Shown: in pieces, positions 19,252-28,311 of the stretch | How the letters are laid out: every line of letters begins with the position of its first letter | Numbering within the stretch: the first letter of the stretch is position 1 | From: an uncultured Nitrospiraceae bacterium | Lineage (GTDB): Bacteria; Nitrospirota; Nitrospiria; Nitrospirales; Nitrospiraceae | Length of the DNA: 64,000 nucleotides | Assembly: GCA_963846575.1 (NCBI GenBank) | Contig: CAWJWJ010000002.1 | Location: 3,410-67,409, forward strand | Direction: 5' to 3' | Notes under the pieces: generated by a model | Seen by the model: the letters and a program-made list of their open reading frames with translations, nothing else | What the model was told of the DNA's origin: nothing | Database searches by the model: none | Program-made: the position numbers and the translations under genes

Positions 19252-20112
19252 GTGGCTGCACGAATCATCGATGGAAGAGCATTGGCCCAGCAGGTCCGCG
19301 ACGGGCTCGCTAAGGAGTCCGCGGCGGTGTTGGCCAAAACGGGCATGAAGCCAGGCTTGGCCACCATCTTGGTGGGAGATGACCCTGCCTCGCATCTCTA
19401 TGTCAAAAGCAAACAGAAGGCGTGCGATGCGGCCGGAATATACATCGACGATTCCAAGTTGCCTGCCAACACGACTCAGGCTGATCTGCTCACGCTCATC
19501 TCCCAGAAAAATGCCGATCCAAAGATACACGGTATCCTCGTGCAACTTCCGCTTCCCAAGCATATCGACAGCAAGGTCGTCCTCGATGCCGTGTCCGCTC
19601 AGAAGGATGCCGACGGATTCCACCCATACAATTTCGGTCGCCTGGTGGAGGGCAGCCCGATTTTTGAGGCCTGCACGCCCAAGGGGGTCATCAAGATGAT
19701 CGAATCCACCGGCCTTTCGATCGAGGGCAAACGAGCCGTGGTGCTGGGACGCAGCAACATTGTCGGGAAACCGCTGGCGCTGATGTTACTTCACCGCCAT
19801 GCGACTGTGACCATTTGCCACTCGAAGACGAAAGATCTTCCGGCCGTCTGTCGTGAGGCCGAGTTGTTACTGGTGGCGATCGGGAAAGCTAGATTCGTCA
19901 CCGCCGATATGGTGCGCGAAGGGGCGGTCGTGATTGATGTCGGAACGAATCGCCTGCCGGACGGGAAGGTAGTCGGTGACGTCGACTTTGACTCGGTCAG
20001 TCAGAAAGCAGGTTGGATCAGCCCGGTTCCTGGCGGCGTGGGTCCAATGACGATCGCAATGTTGCTCGACAATACGGTGGAATCTGCTAAGAGAATGGCA
20101 GGAATGAAGTGA
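19252..20112 (+). CDS. folD: Methylene-THF dehydrogenase/cyclohydrolase
   Basis: YVKSK, GILVQLPLP, KDADGFH, GRSNIVGKP, PVPGGVGPMT; GTG start with GGAGG. Confidence 0.97.
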   Translation: MAARIIDGRALAQQVRDGLAKESAAVLAKTGMKPGLATILVGDDPASHLYVKSKQKACDAAGIYIDDSKLPANTTQADLLTLISQKNADPKIHGILVQLPLPKHIDSKVVLDAVSAQKDADGFHPYNFGRLVEGSPIFEACTPKGVIKMIESTGLSIEGKRAVVLGRSNIVGKPLALMLLHRHATVTICHSKTKDLPAVCREAELLLVAIGKARFVTADMVREGAVVIDVGTNRLPDGKVVGDVDFDSVSQKAGWISPVPGGVGPMTIAMLLDNTVESAKRMAGMK

Positions 20113-20179
20113 GCGCAGGCAGTCTACCGGGACAGAGGGGGGGAGAGTTGGAACGATTTGTCACGGATGGGAGCGACGC

Positions 20180-21070
20180 ATGAGCGCGGAGCCGCGACGG
20201 CTCAAGGACGTGTTGGCCCAGGGGCAATTTGCCGTCACGGTGGAATATAACCCGCCAAAGGGGACGAACCTGAGCCACGTGGTGGAGAGCGCCAAGACTT
20301 TGGTTGGCCGTGTGCATGGCGTCAACGTCACTGACAACACAGCGGCGATCGTCCGGGCGGGCTCGTTGCCGGTCTGTCGGGTGTTGTATGAGCTGGGACA
20401 CGATCCGGTGATGCAGCTCACCTGTAGGGATCGCAATCGTATCGCCATGCAGTCCGATCTCATGGGCGCGCACATGTTGGGTCTCCGAAACATTCTCTGT
20501 TTGACCGGGGATTATCCGACGGTCGGTGACCATAAAGAAGCCAAGCCAGTCTATGATCTGGATTCTGTTCAGGTCATGCAGTTGGTGCAAGGCCTGAATC
20601 AAGGGAAGGACTATGCGGGCAATAAGCTGGATGGAGCCACCGCCTTCATGATCGGCGGTGCCGTGACTCCAGAGGCCGACCCATTGGGTCCCATGTTGGT
20701 CAAGTTCGAAGTGAAGGTGCGGGCAGGGGTGGACTTCTTCCAGACCCAAGCCATCTATCAGCCGGAACAATTCAAGACCTTCATGCAGGCCGTGCGTCCC
20801 TTTAAGGTGAAGGTGCTCGCTGGAATCCTGCTGTTGCGGAGCGCCAAGATGGCAGAATTCATGAACGCCAATATCCCCGGCGTATGCGTCCCGCAGGACA
20901 TGATCGACGAAATGCGTGCCGCGGGCGACAAACGGGCTCTCGATGTCGGTGTGGAGATTGCCGTGCGAACGATCAAGGCCGTGCGCCCCTACTGCGATGG
21001 CGTGCATATTATGGCGATCAAGGCGACCGAACGGCTCCCGGAAATCCTGACGAAAGCGGAACTCGGGTGA
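20180..21070 (+). CDS. metF: 5,10-methylene-THF reductase, MetF (MetV-partnered type)
   Basis: EYNPPKG, NVTDN, MQLTCRDRNR, LCLTGDYP, FFQTQ, GVHIMAI. Confidence 0.9.
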   Translation: MSAEPRRLKDVLAQGQFAVTVEYNPPKGTNLSHVVESAKTLVGRVHGVNVTDNTAAIVRAGSLPVCRVLYELGHDPVMQLTCRDRNRIAMQSDLMGAHMLGLRNILCLTGDYPTVGDHKEAKPVYDLDSVQVMQLVQGLNQGKDYAGNKLDGATAFMIGGAVTPEADPLGPMLVKFEVKVRAGVDFFQTQAIYQPEQFKTFMQAVRPFKVKVLAGILLLRSAKMAEFMNANIPGVCVPQDMIDEMRAAGDKRALDVGVEIAVRTIKAVRPYCDGVHIMAIKATERLPEILTKAELG

Positions 21071-21858
21071 TGACCGTCCCGGACTTGCAGAAGTGCAAGC
21101 GTGAAACACGGAAGATCGCTGTGGTCACGGCGTACGACGCGCTGTTCACGCGAATCATTGAACAAGCGGGGATCGACGTCATTCTCGTCGGAGATTCGTT
21201 AGGCGTGGTGGTGCAGGGCAAGGCCAATACGTTATCGGTCACGATGGAGGAGATGCTGTATCACACCAGGCTGGTGGCCGGCGCGGCCCGGCGCGCCCTG
21301 GTCATCGGAGACATGCCCTTCATGTCCTACCAGGCCGGTACGGATGACGCCTTGCGCAACGCAGGGCGGTTTCTCCAGGCGGGGGCGACTGCCGTGAAAT
21401 TGGAGGGAGGCGCGGCGATGACGGATCGGGTGGAGGCCATGACGAGGATCGGCATTCCCGTCGTGGGCCATCTCGGAATGACCCCGCAATCCGTTCAGCA
21501 GTATGGCGGGTTCAAGGTGCAGGGAAAGGGAATGGACCAGGCTCAACAGCTCCTGAGCGACGCCAAAGCGCTGCAGGAATCCGGCGCGGTCGCCATTGTG
21601 CTTGAGGCCATTCCAGCCGAGTTGGCGAGATCCATGACGGAGGCGGTAGAGATCCCAACCATTGGCATCGGTGCCGGACCCTATTGCGATGGTCAAGTAC
21701 TGGTATTGTACGACCTGTTAGGCCTTTTTGATGAGTTCTCACCGAAGTTTGTGAGACCCTATGCCCATCTTAAGGCCAATGCCGAGGATGCCCTTCGCCG
21801 TTATAAAGACGATGTCGAACAGGGCAAATTCCCTTCCGACGCCGAAAGTTATCACTGA
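21070..21858 (+). CDS. panB: 3-methyl-2-oxobutanoate hydroxymethyltransferase
   Basis: TAYD, LVGDSLG, DMPF, VKLEGG, GHLGMTPQ, IGIGAG; TGATG coupling to metF. Confidence 0.97.
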   Translation: MTVPDLQKCKRETRKIAVVTAYDALFTRIIEQAGIDVILVGDSLGVVVQGKANTLSVTMEEMLYHTRLVAGAARRALVIGDMPFMSYQAGTDDALRNAGRFLQAGATAVKLEGGAAMTDRVEAMTRIGIPVVGHLGMTPQSVQQYGGFKVQGKGMDQAQQLLSDAKALQESGAVAIVLEAIPAELARSMTEAVEIPTIGIGAGPYCDGQVLVLYDLLGLFDEFSPKFVRPYAHLKANAEDALRRYKDDVEQGKFPSDAESYH

Positions 21859-21962
21859 TCGATGGTTCGAGCCTCTCTGCCCTCCTGATCGGGTGATGTC
21901 CCCGTCTCACTCAACTGGTCTTCTGCTGACGTGTTAGCCTGGCGCCGCTTGTCCGTTCCGGT

Positions 21963-22499
21963 TCAGACAGAGCGGTCGTCTGAGGAGCCGTCGGCAGGCT
22001 CAAGTATTATCCACACATGCGAATCTCGCTGGGCCTCCAGCCACCGCCTGAACCGGTCGGCCAAGGCGAGGGTGTCGACTCCCATGTAATGGGGGGGGAC
22101 GGTCTGCAAGCGCGCCAGACCTCGTTGGACAAGCTTCTCGGCCGCATCCTGGCAGCCCATAGCCTGTTTGAGATTCGCGGCAGCCAGTTGAATCAGAGCT
22201 TGGAAAAAGTTGCCTTCCTGGGTCGCGCGTCCATATCCGTGCCACAATCCCTCCAGGATCTCATGTGCCTCCCACCAGTAGGCGAAATTGTAGAGGTCGA
22301 TCGCGAAGAGATAATCCTCCGACCCGGCCCATTCCCCATGCCGGAAGATGCGCGGCGGTGTTTCCGTGAGACCGAAGGAATGACCCTCTGGATGGCGACG
22401 TGGATGTGGGGTTACGCCGGGAATAAATCGGTAGGGCGGAAAAACACGAGTGCTGTAGCGGGGCTGTACCGCTGGTGCAGGCGGCTCACTGCCTCCCAC
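21963..22499 (-). CDS. DUF309-family protein
   Basis: DLYNFAYWWEAHEILEGLW and QALIQLAAA motifs; GTG 22499 preceded by AGGA (ORF track start 22574). Confidence 0.8.
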   Translation of the reverse strand: MGGSEPPAPAVQPRYSTRVFPPYRFIPGVTPHPRRHPEGHSFGLTETPPRIFRHGEWAGSEDYLFAIDLYNFAYWWEAHEILEGLWHGYGRATQEGNFFQALIQLAAANLKQAMGCQDAAEKLVQRGLARLQTVPPHYMGVDTLALADRFRRWLEAQRDSHVWIILEPADGSSDDRSV

Positions 22500-23304
22500 G
22501 ATTGTCCTGACAGGTGACTTGATACACCTTACGATCTTCAAGGCAAACCGCCGTGAGTTGGCGTCCGTATACACAGCCGCTGTCTAGCGCCAGCAGATTC
22601 GGGGTCATATGAAGCCCCATGGCAGCCCAATGCCCTATGATGATGGTGGCCGTCGCATTGCGTCGGGATGGAATATTAAACCAGGGATGAAACCCCTCGG
22701 GAGTGGATTCCGGCGGACCTGAAAAGGATGATTCCATCAACCCGGAAACCGAGCAGGCTCTCAGTCGGGTGAGCACGTTGATGATGCTTGCGAAACGAGC
22801 GGGGCCGACGAGGTTGGGCGTCCATTGCAAATGTCCACTAGGATGGAGTGCGCGTAACGTGGCGGTGAACTGATCTCCACGAAGTGCAGTTTCGGCCTCT
22901 CGTGCCAATTGATGAGCTTCGTCAACCGTCCACTGAGGCAGCAATCCGGCATGGACCAACACCACATTCCCCTCCCGGTGGAGCAGGGGGCGCTGCCTGA
23001 GCCAGGCGAGCAGTTCATCTCTATCAGGAGCTTTCAAGATCGGCGTGAGTGTATCGCTTTGACGGAGGCTGGCCACACCCTCAGCAACAGCTAGCAAGAA
23101 TAGATCATGGTTACCCAGGACGGTAATGGCAGCCGGCCCCAGACTCTTGATGTATCTGAGGACCTGCAGCGATTCCGGCCCCCGATTAACCAGATCTCCC
23201 ACGAACCAAAGGCGGTCTTCTGGCGGATTGAAGCGAACCAACTGGGCAAGTTGCTGCAGGGAGGTGTAACAGCCTTGGAGATCACCGATTGCATAGCTCG
23301 CCAT
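22486..23304 (-). CDS. apaH: Symmetrical bis(5'-nucleosyl)-tetraphosphatase
   Basis: AIGDLQGC, GDLVNRGP, LGNHD, VHAG, GHWAA, LDSGCVYG metallophosphatase motifs. Confidence 0.93.
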   Translation of the reverse strand: MASYAIGDLQGCYTSLQQLAQLVRFNPPEDRLWFVGDLVNRGPESLQVLRYIKSLGPAAITVLGNHDLFLLAVAEGVASLRQSDTLTPILKAPDRDELLAWLRQRPLLHREGNVVLVHAGLLPQWTVDEAHQLAREAETALRGDQFTATLRALHPSGHLQWTPNLVGPARFASIINVLTRLRACSVSGLMESSFSGPPESTPEGFHPWFNIPSRRNATATIIIGHWAAMGLHMTPNLLALDSGCVYGRQLTAVCLEDRKVYQVTCQDNRGRQ

Positions 23305-23429
23305 AGATGCACTCAGACTAGCCTGGATGGCCTGGCTTCGCAAGCCGTGAAATGGTGTGCGAGTACCCAGGGCCTATTATGAAAAAGCCGACGGGATGCT
23401 GTAAACGATGGGTTGAATCAGCCGGGCAG

Positions 23430-26400
23430 TCAGCGTCCTTGGCGAGCCTGCAATTCCCGGTTCATGACAGCACAGGCGGCAGTATGGACTTGGGTGAGGT
23501 CCTGTAATAAATGTTCGGTCTGATCATGCCGGCCGAGGCGTCCTAGGATCTCCAGGTCCTTGCAGCGGGCCGCTGTTGCCAGAGCGCCGAGCTGTGCACT
23601 GCTCGATTTCAGGCGGTGTGCCGCCTGGTAGAGTGTGACCGGATCGTGGCTGTGCACAGCCATCTTAATTTGTTCGACCAACCGGCAGGAATCTTCGAGA
23701 TAGCTGCCAAGGACGCGTGCAAGGATGTCGGGCCGGCCAGGACGTTGCAGGGCCTGAATCGCAGCCCAGGCATTCTTATCGACTCCGTCCGCAATGGGCT
23801 GAGCTGAAGCGAGTGCCGGAGGATTGAGGCAATCGACAGGAGTGTCTTTCCCATGACCTTCAGAAGGTGTGGTGGGTTCTTTCAATGGTAGCCACCGGGC
23901 AAGCAGGGATTTCAGTTGAGATATGCTGAAAGGTTTTGTGAGGTAGTCGTCCATCCCCGCGGCGAAACAGCGGGCACGATCGCCCTCCATTGCGTTGGCC
24001 GTGAGCGCGATGATGGGGACGTGGCGTCGGCCGGTATTCTCTGCCTCCTGACGGCGAATGATTGCCGTAGCAGTAAAGCCATCCATCTCCGGCATCTGAC
24101 AATCCATGAGGATCAGGTCGAAGGTGTTCTCTGCTGCCGCTTCGACGGCTTCTCGGCCATCGCCCGCCACCGTCATGCTGCAGCCTAAAAGGTGGGCCAT
24201 CCCGAGTGTCACCTCGCGATTCACGGGGTTATCCTCGGTGAGCAGAATGTGTGCCCGTAGAGCAAGAACCTCCTGTCCGGTCTGTAATTCTGCGGGAGGC
24301 ATTGCTTGACTTACGCCTGTGTGAATGAGGTTCAGGCATTTCTGGAGCAGGGATCGACGAATCGGTTTTCTTAACCAGGTGTGAAAGCGGCTGTTGTGAG
24401 TCTCCGTTTGCTCTGGCAATCGATCCACCGCAGTAAGGGCGACGAGGGTGGTGCGGCGGAGCGCTGGGTCGCTCGCGATCGCATCCGCCAATGCCAATCC
24501 ATCCATGTCGGGCATGTGAATGTCCAGCAGCGCCGTATCGACGGGGATCCCCTGTTGTACGGACTGTTCCAGCAAGACCAGTGCTGTCGTACCGGAATCA
24601 GCGACCGTGACCGTAGCCCCCCACCCGCGCAAATACGACTCTAGGATTTGACGAGTGGTGGGATGATCGTCCACGACGAGAACGTGCGTACCGGCCAATT
24701 CTTGGCTCTCCAGGAGCGCGGTAGAGACTTCCGTTCCTCTTTCCAGGGTGAGGGTAAACCAGAAAGTCGATCCCCGTTCGGAGGAACTGGAGACGCCCAC
24801 TTCGCCACCCATCAGGTGGACCAGTTGTTTGACGATCGCCAACCCCAGACCGGTACCTCCGAAGCGGCGGGTGGTACTCCCATCAGCTTGCGAGAAGGCC
24901 TCGAAGAGCCGCTCACGGGCTGATGGGACAACGCCGATTCCGGTATCAGTCACCGTGCATTTCAGTGTAACGGTGCTAGGAGTCTGAGACAGAGGAGTGA
25001 CAGCCACGGTGACTTCGCCCTGTGAGGTGAACTTTATAGCATTGCTGACGAGGTTCAGAAGGATTTGACGCAATCGAACGGGATCTCCACGGGTGGAATC
25101 AGGAATCCCCTCAGCGATAAAACACGTCAGTTCCAGATGTTTTCTTGCTGCCGGCTCTGCGAGGAGTTCAATAGCTTCTTCGAAAGCGTACCGGAGGCTG
25201 AACTCAATTTTCTCTAATTCCAGCTTGCCAGCCTCCACTTTAGAAAAGTCGAGAATGTCGTTAATGATGTCGAGCAATGCCGATCCGGAACTACGGACGG
25301 TTTGGGCCAGCGACTGCTGCTTGGGGGTGAGGTTTGTGGAAAGCAGCAGCTCTGCCATGCCGAGGACGCCATTCATCGGCGTACGAATCTCGTGGCTCAT
25401 GTTTGCCAGAAATTGACTTTTTGCGATAGTCGCGGCCTCCGCCGTTTCTTTGGCATGCCGTAGTTCGTGCTCGGCGAGTTTTCTTTCCGAGATATCCCTG
25501 ATAAATCCGCTGAAGGTCGTGCCCGATGTCAGTCTAAGAGGTGTAATGGCAAGTTCAACGGGAAATTCCGTTCCATCTTGACGCAGCGCGGCTATCTCCA
25601 GCCGCTTTCCAATTGCTTTGCCTTGACCGGTCGCCAGATAGTGCTGCAGCCCCTTTTCATGTGCCTCTCGATAGGCGGTGGGAACGATGGTTTCCGATAG
25701 TTTCTGGCCTAGAATCTCCTGCCGTGTCCATCCAAAAATTTGCTCGGCCTGTGGGTTCCAATCAATGATTCGGCCGTGGTCATCCATCACGACGATCGCA
25801 TCCAACGCATGATCTACTATGGACCTCGTTCGTTCCTCGCTGTCGCGAAGTCCTCGCGTGAGAGGCGCACTGATGTGACGGTTGATGAGCCATCCAATAA
25901 TGAAAATCGTACTGAGCAGCCCCAGTCCCAGCATCCCGAGTAAATAGGTCCGTTCCTGAAGGACTGAGGTGGCTGCTCGTTCGATGTGTCGACGCTCCGC
26001 ATCCGCGAGTGCATCCAGGGCAAGAATTTCCTGACGATGTTGCTCAAAATAACGAGTAAGGGGGCCAGCTACCAAAGTGGTCATAGCTGCTCTATCGCCT
26101 CGTTCTGCGGCCGGCAGAAACTCCTCATTCCATACGTCGTAGAATCGTCGTGCCCACAGACCTGAGGCATTGATCAGTTTGTCGTGGAGCGGTCCCGGCG
26201 GAAGGCGTTTATGCCATTCATTCTCTTTTAAGATGTATTCTTGTTGGAGACGCTGGAATCGTTCGATGAGCACTGGCGATTGGGCAGGAGGAACTACGAG
26301 CAGTTCCAACGTGGCGAGATAGGATTCAACAATGTAGAGAGGAGGAGGAAGCGTATCAACGACGAGATCTTTGCTGGCTACAATTTTGACATACAGCGGG

Positions 26401-26546
26401 CCATGAATCTGTATGGTGGTGACCGTATCGCGCACCATGAGAGTAAATGCTCCGGTGGCCAGGATCGCGACGCCGATCAGAAGGCCGAGCCGAAGTTTGA
26501 TCGATTCGGGCTGCTTCGTAGGAAAGGTCGACTGTGCTGGATTCAC
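23430..26546 (-). CDS. Membrane hybrid histidine kinase (periplasmic helical sensor-PAS-HisKA-HATPase-REC-REC-HPt)
   Basis: Two TM helices flanking KDLVVDTLPPPLYIVESYL; SHEIRTP; two receivers; HPt AHRLKSSS; GTG 26546 with GGAG (ORF track start 26591). Confidence 0.92.
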   Translation of the reverse strand: MNPAQSTFPTKQPESIKLRLGLLIGVAILATGAFTLMVRDTVTTIQIHGPLYVKIVASKDLVVDTLPPPLYIVESYLATLELLVVPPAQSPVLIERFQRLQQEYILKENEWHKRLPPGPLHDKLINASGLWARRFYDVWNEEFLPAAERGDRAAMTTLVAGPLTRYFEQHRQEILALDALADAERRHIERAATSVLQERTYLLGMLGLGLLSTIFIIGWLINRHISAPLTRGLRDSEERTRSIVDHALDAIVVMDDHGRIIDWNPQAEQIFGWTRQEILGQKLSETIVPTAYREAHEKGLQHYLATGQGKAIGKRLEIAALRQDGTEFPVELAITPLRLTSGTTFSGFIRDISERKLAEHELRHAKETAEAATIAKSQFLANMSHEIRTPMNGVLGMAELLLSTNLTPKQQSLAQTVRSSGSALLDIINDILDFSKVEAGKLELEKIEFSLRYAFEEAIELLAEPAARKHLELTCFIAEGIPDSTRGDPVRLRQILLNLVSNAIKFTSQGEVTVAVTPLSQTPSTVTLKCTVTDTGIGVVPSARERLFEAFSQADGSTTRRFGGTGLGLAIVKQLVHLMGGEVGVSSSSERGSTFWFTLTLERGTEVSTALLESQELAGTHVLVVDDHPTTRQILESYLRGWGATVTVADSGTTALVLLEQSVQQGIPVDTALLDIHMPDMDGLALADAIASDPALRRTTLVALTAVDRLPEQTETHNSRFHTWLRKPIRRSLLQKCLNLIHTGVSQAMPPAELQTGQEVLALRAHILLTEDNPVNREVTLGMAHLLGCSMTVAGDGREAVEAAAENTFDLILMDCQMPEMDGFTATAIIRRQEAENTGRRHVPIIALTANAMEGDRARCFAAGMDDYLTKPFSISQLKSLLARWLPLKEPTTPSEGHGKDTPVDCLNPPALASAQPIADGVDKNAWAAIQALQRPGRPDILARVLGSYLEDSCRLVEQIKMAVHSHDPVTLYQAAHRLKSSSAQLGALATAARCKDLEILGRLGRHDQTEHLLQDLTQVHTAACAVMNRELQARQGR

Positions 26547-26596
26547 ACGCTCTCCAGGTAGCACGATCTGGGTAGCCAGGAATATGGCCATTTTTC

Positions 26597-26624
26597 TTAT
26601 CGGACGACCCTGGTTCGGTCTTTA
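26597..26624 (-). promoter_or_regulatory. Putative sigma28 (FliA)-type promoter
   Basis: TAAAG-N15-TCCGATAA on the minus strand. Confidence 0.62.
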
Positions 26625-27152
26625 CCGTTCAGATTTTCGATGCAGGCTGCTAGGCCTGTTGAACTCCCTGAGGGCCATAGGCTTGAGCCAATGGGCGCCG
26701 CGAGGGCAAGATGTGCGGATTGAAGTCGCAGAGCGCTAGTGGGGGGAGATTGAAGACAGTTCTATTGTCTGGGGACCTTGTCGTCGAATGCGAGAACGAC
26801 TAGTGTGCCACACAGCGTGTGATTCAGCTGGCCTGAGCGCACGAGTCGAATAATGTCTTAGAATTGGTGAATACTCCAACGTCTCCAGGCTGGCTCGGTT
26901 CGGATCTACCTATCTCGGAAGCCGGTATGAAAATGCATGGGTTGATCAAGATACGTTGCGTTGCTGGGGTGGCCGGACTATATGAGAAGACTACTTCTTT
27001 GGAGCATGCGTCAGTCGAGAACCTGCAGCTGTGACGATCGGAGTTTCCGAGCGGTTTGGCGTGGCCTTATCAATACGAGGCAATTGAGTTTGCAAGCATT
27101 GAGCATAAACCAAGGGTGCAACTCACGGGCGTGCGATCCGGAATTGATGCTC

Positions 27153-27584
27153 CTACCTGTAACGTGCTTCAATTTTGCTGGATAGGCCGCCCCGAGCAGT
27201 AAAGTCGCCTGTGACACGGGCCCAGACCGGACGACAGGCATGCACAATGTCCTGGAGGATGCGATTCACGGCATTCTCGTAAAAGATTCCTAAGTTTCTA
27301 TAGGCGTGGATATACATTTTCAGTGCTTTAAGCTCAAGGCACCGCTTATCCGGCATGTAATGGAGTGTAATCGAGCCAAAGTCTGGCAAATTGGTTTTTG
27401 GACAAATTGCAGTATACTCGGGAATCACGATCGTAATTTCATACCCTTTGAATTGATTCGGGAAGGTTTCAATCTCAGGCAGGGGCGTAGCAATCCCGCT
27501 TTTGGCATGCCGTTCGTTATAGCCTAGCCTGGTCGCTGATTCATTCAGCTGGCCCTTCCGTTTCCCGGTAGTCGTCACCCCCAC
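27153..27584 (-). CDS. queF: 7-cyano-7-deazaguanine (preQ0) reductase
   Basis: EYTAICPKTNLPDFG, ELKALKMY, FYE, RGG; start may be GTG 27578. Confidence 0.93.
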   Translation of the reverse strand: MGVTTTGKRKGQLNESATRLGYNERHAKSGIATPLPEIETFPNQFKGYEITIVIPEYTAICPKTNLPDFGSITLHYMPDKRCLELKALKMYIHAYRNLGIFYENAVNRILQDIVHACRPVWARVTGDFTARGGLSSKIEARYR

Positions 27585-27606
27585 ACTCCTAACGTGCCCT
27601 GATTAT

Positions 27607-27855
27607 TCAGACTTGTTTCATCCATTCCAATTGCCCAAGTTCATTGAGCTTGTGATAGAGGGTCACCCACGGACAAGTCATATCCGGATAGACCTCGCAG
27701 AACCCGCCTTTACGGACGCCTCCGCAGGGACCATGACTCATGAACTTAGGACATTCCGCCTTCAGTGAACCGTCAGGAATCGGCGGGCGCTTGTGTACAC
27801 CCCCAACATGCTGCTCGCTATGTTCCTCTCCAGGCACTAATACTCGTGTAGGCAT
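27607..27855 (-). CDS. Small MTHFR C-terminal-domain (MetV-like) protein
   Basis: ECPK...GPCGG....G.CEV....TCPW Cys pattern. Confidence 0.8.
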   Translation of the reverse strand: MPTRVLVPGEEHSEQHVGGVHKRPPIPDGSLKAECPKFMSHGPCGGVRKGGFCEVYPDMTCPWVTLYHKLNELGQLEWMKQV

Positions 27856-28123
27856 AGACGTAGTGTAAACTGAATTGCGTTGGGCGACAACATCTACATC
27901 TCTTTGGAGCGCATCCTAAGCAGATAATGTTTGGGATTCATCAGCGTGAAAAAACCACTCGTCTGGTTGGTTTAGTGCCAAGGGCCTACCGCTCGTCCCG
28001 GAACTAGGCCTTCTTTCGTTAATCTTGGGCCTTCTGCAAAGTTGCAATGCTCTGCTGGACGCTATAGACTGGCATTTGTCTTGGAATGACAGCCATTTCC
28101 GTTTTTGTCCGGAAGCCTTGCGA

Positions 28124-28153
28124 TTGACAGATTTTTTAGCCCTTTGCTACACT
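28124..28153 (+). promoter_or_regulatory. sigma70-type promoter of the oxidoreductase operon
   Basis: TTGACA-N18-TACACT with TGn extension. Confidence 0.6.
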
Positions 28154-28311
28154 CGGCGACGAAGCAGAAAAAGAGCCGACATTCCTTATCAGTCTTAAGG
28201 AACATTGCTCAGTATTCAACCGGTCAACGTCCATATAATCCGCATTTGACATTTCTTCTGGCCCCTTTAGGGCTGGGAGGAATCACCAGCGAATAAAGGG
28301 AGGGAATTCTT

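Noticed and set aside
18966-19367. Long N-terminal extension of the beta-propeller ORF overlapping folD
   Set aside because: Runs through the folD promoter and coding start; the signal peptide begins near 18965
20087-21109. 340-aa minus-strand ORF
   Set aside because: Antisense to metF with no recognisable domain
8440-25400. Similar DNA blocks (H-box, G-box) in the four kinases as possible direct repeats
   Set aside because: Explained by protein-level paralogy; many synonymous differences indicate old duplication
5564-26624. Possible genomic island or mobile element around the signalling genes
   Set aside because: No integrase, transposase, tRNA or terminal repeats seen, and housekeeping genes are interleaved
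26625-27152. 530-bp gap checked for tRNA, tmRNA, RNase P, 6S RNA and c-di-GMP riboswitch
   Set aside because: No conserved core recognised by eye; an Infernal scan would be needed to exclude them
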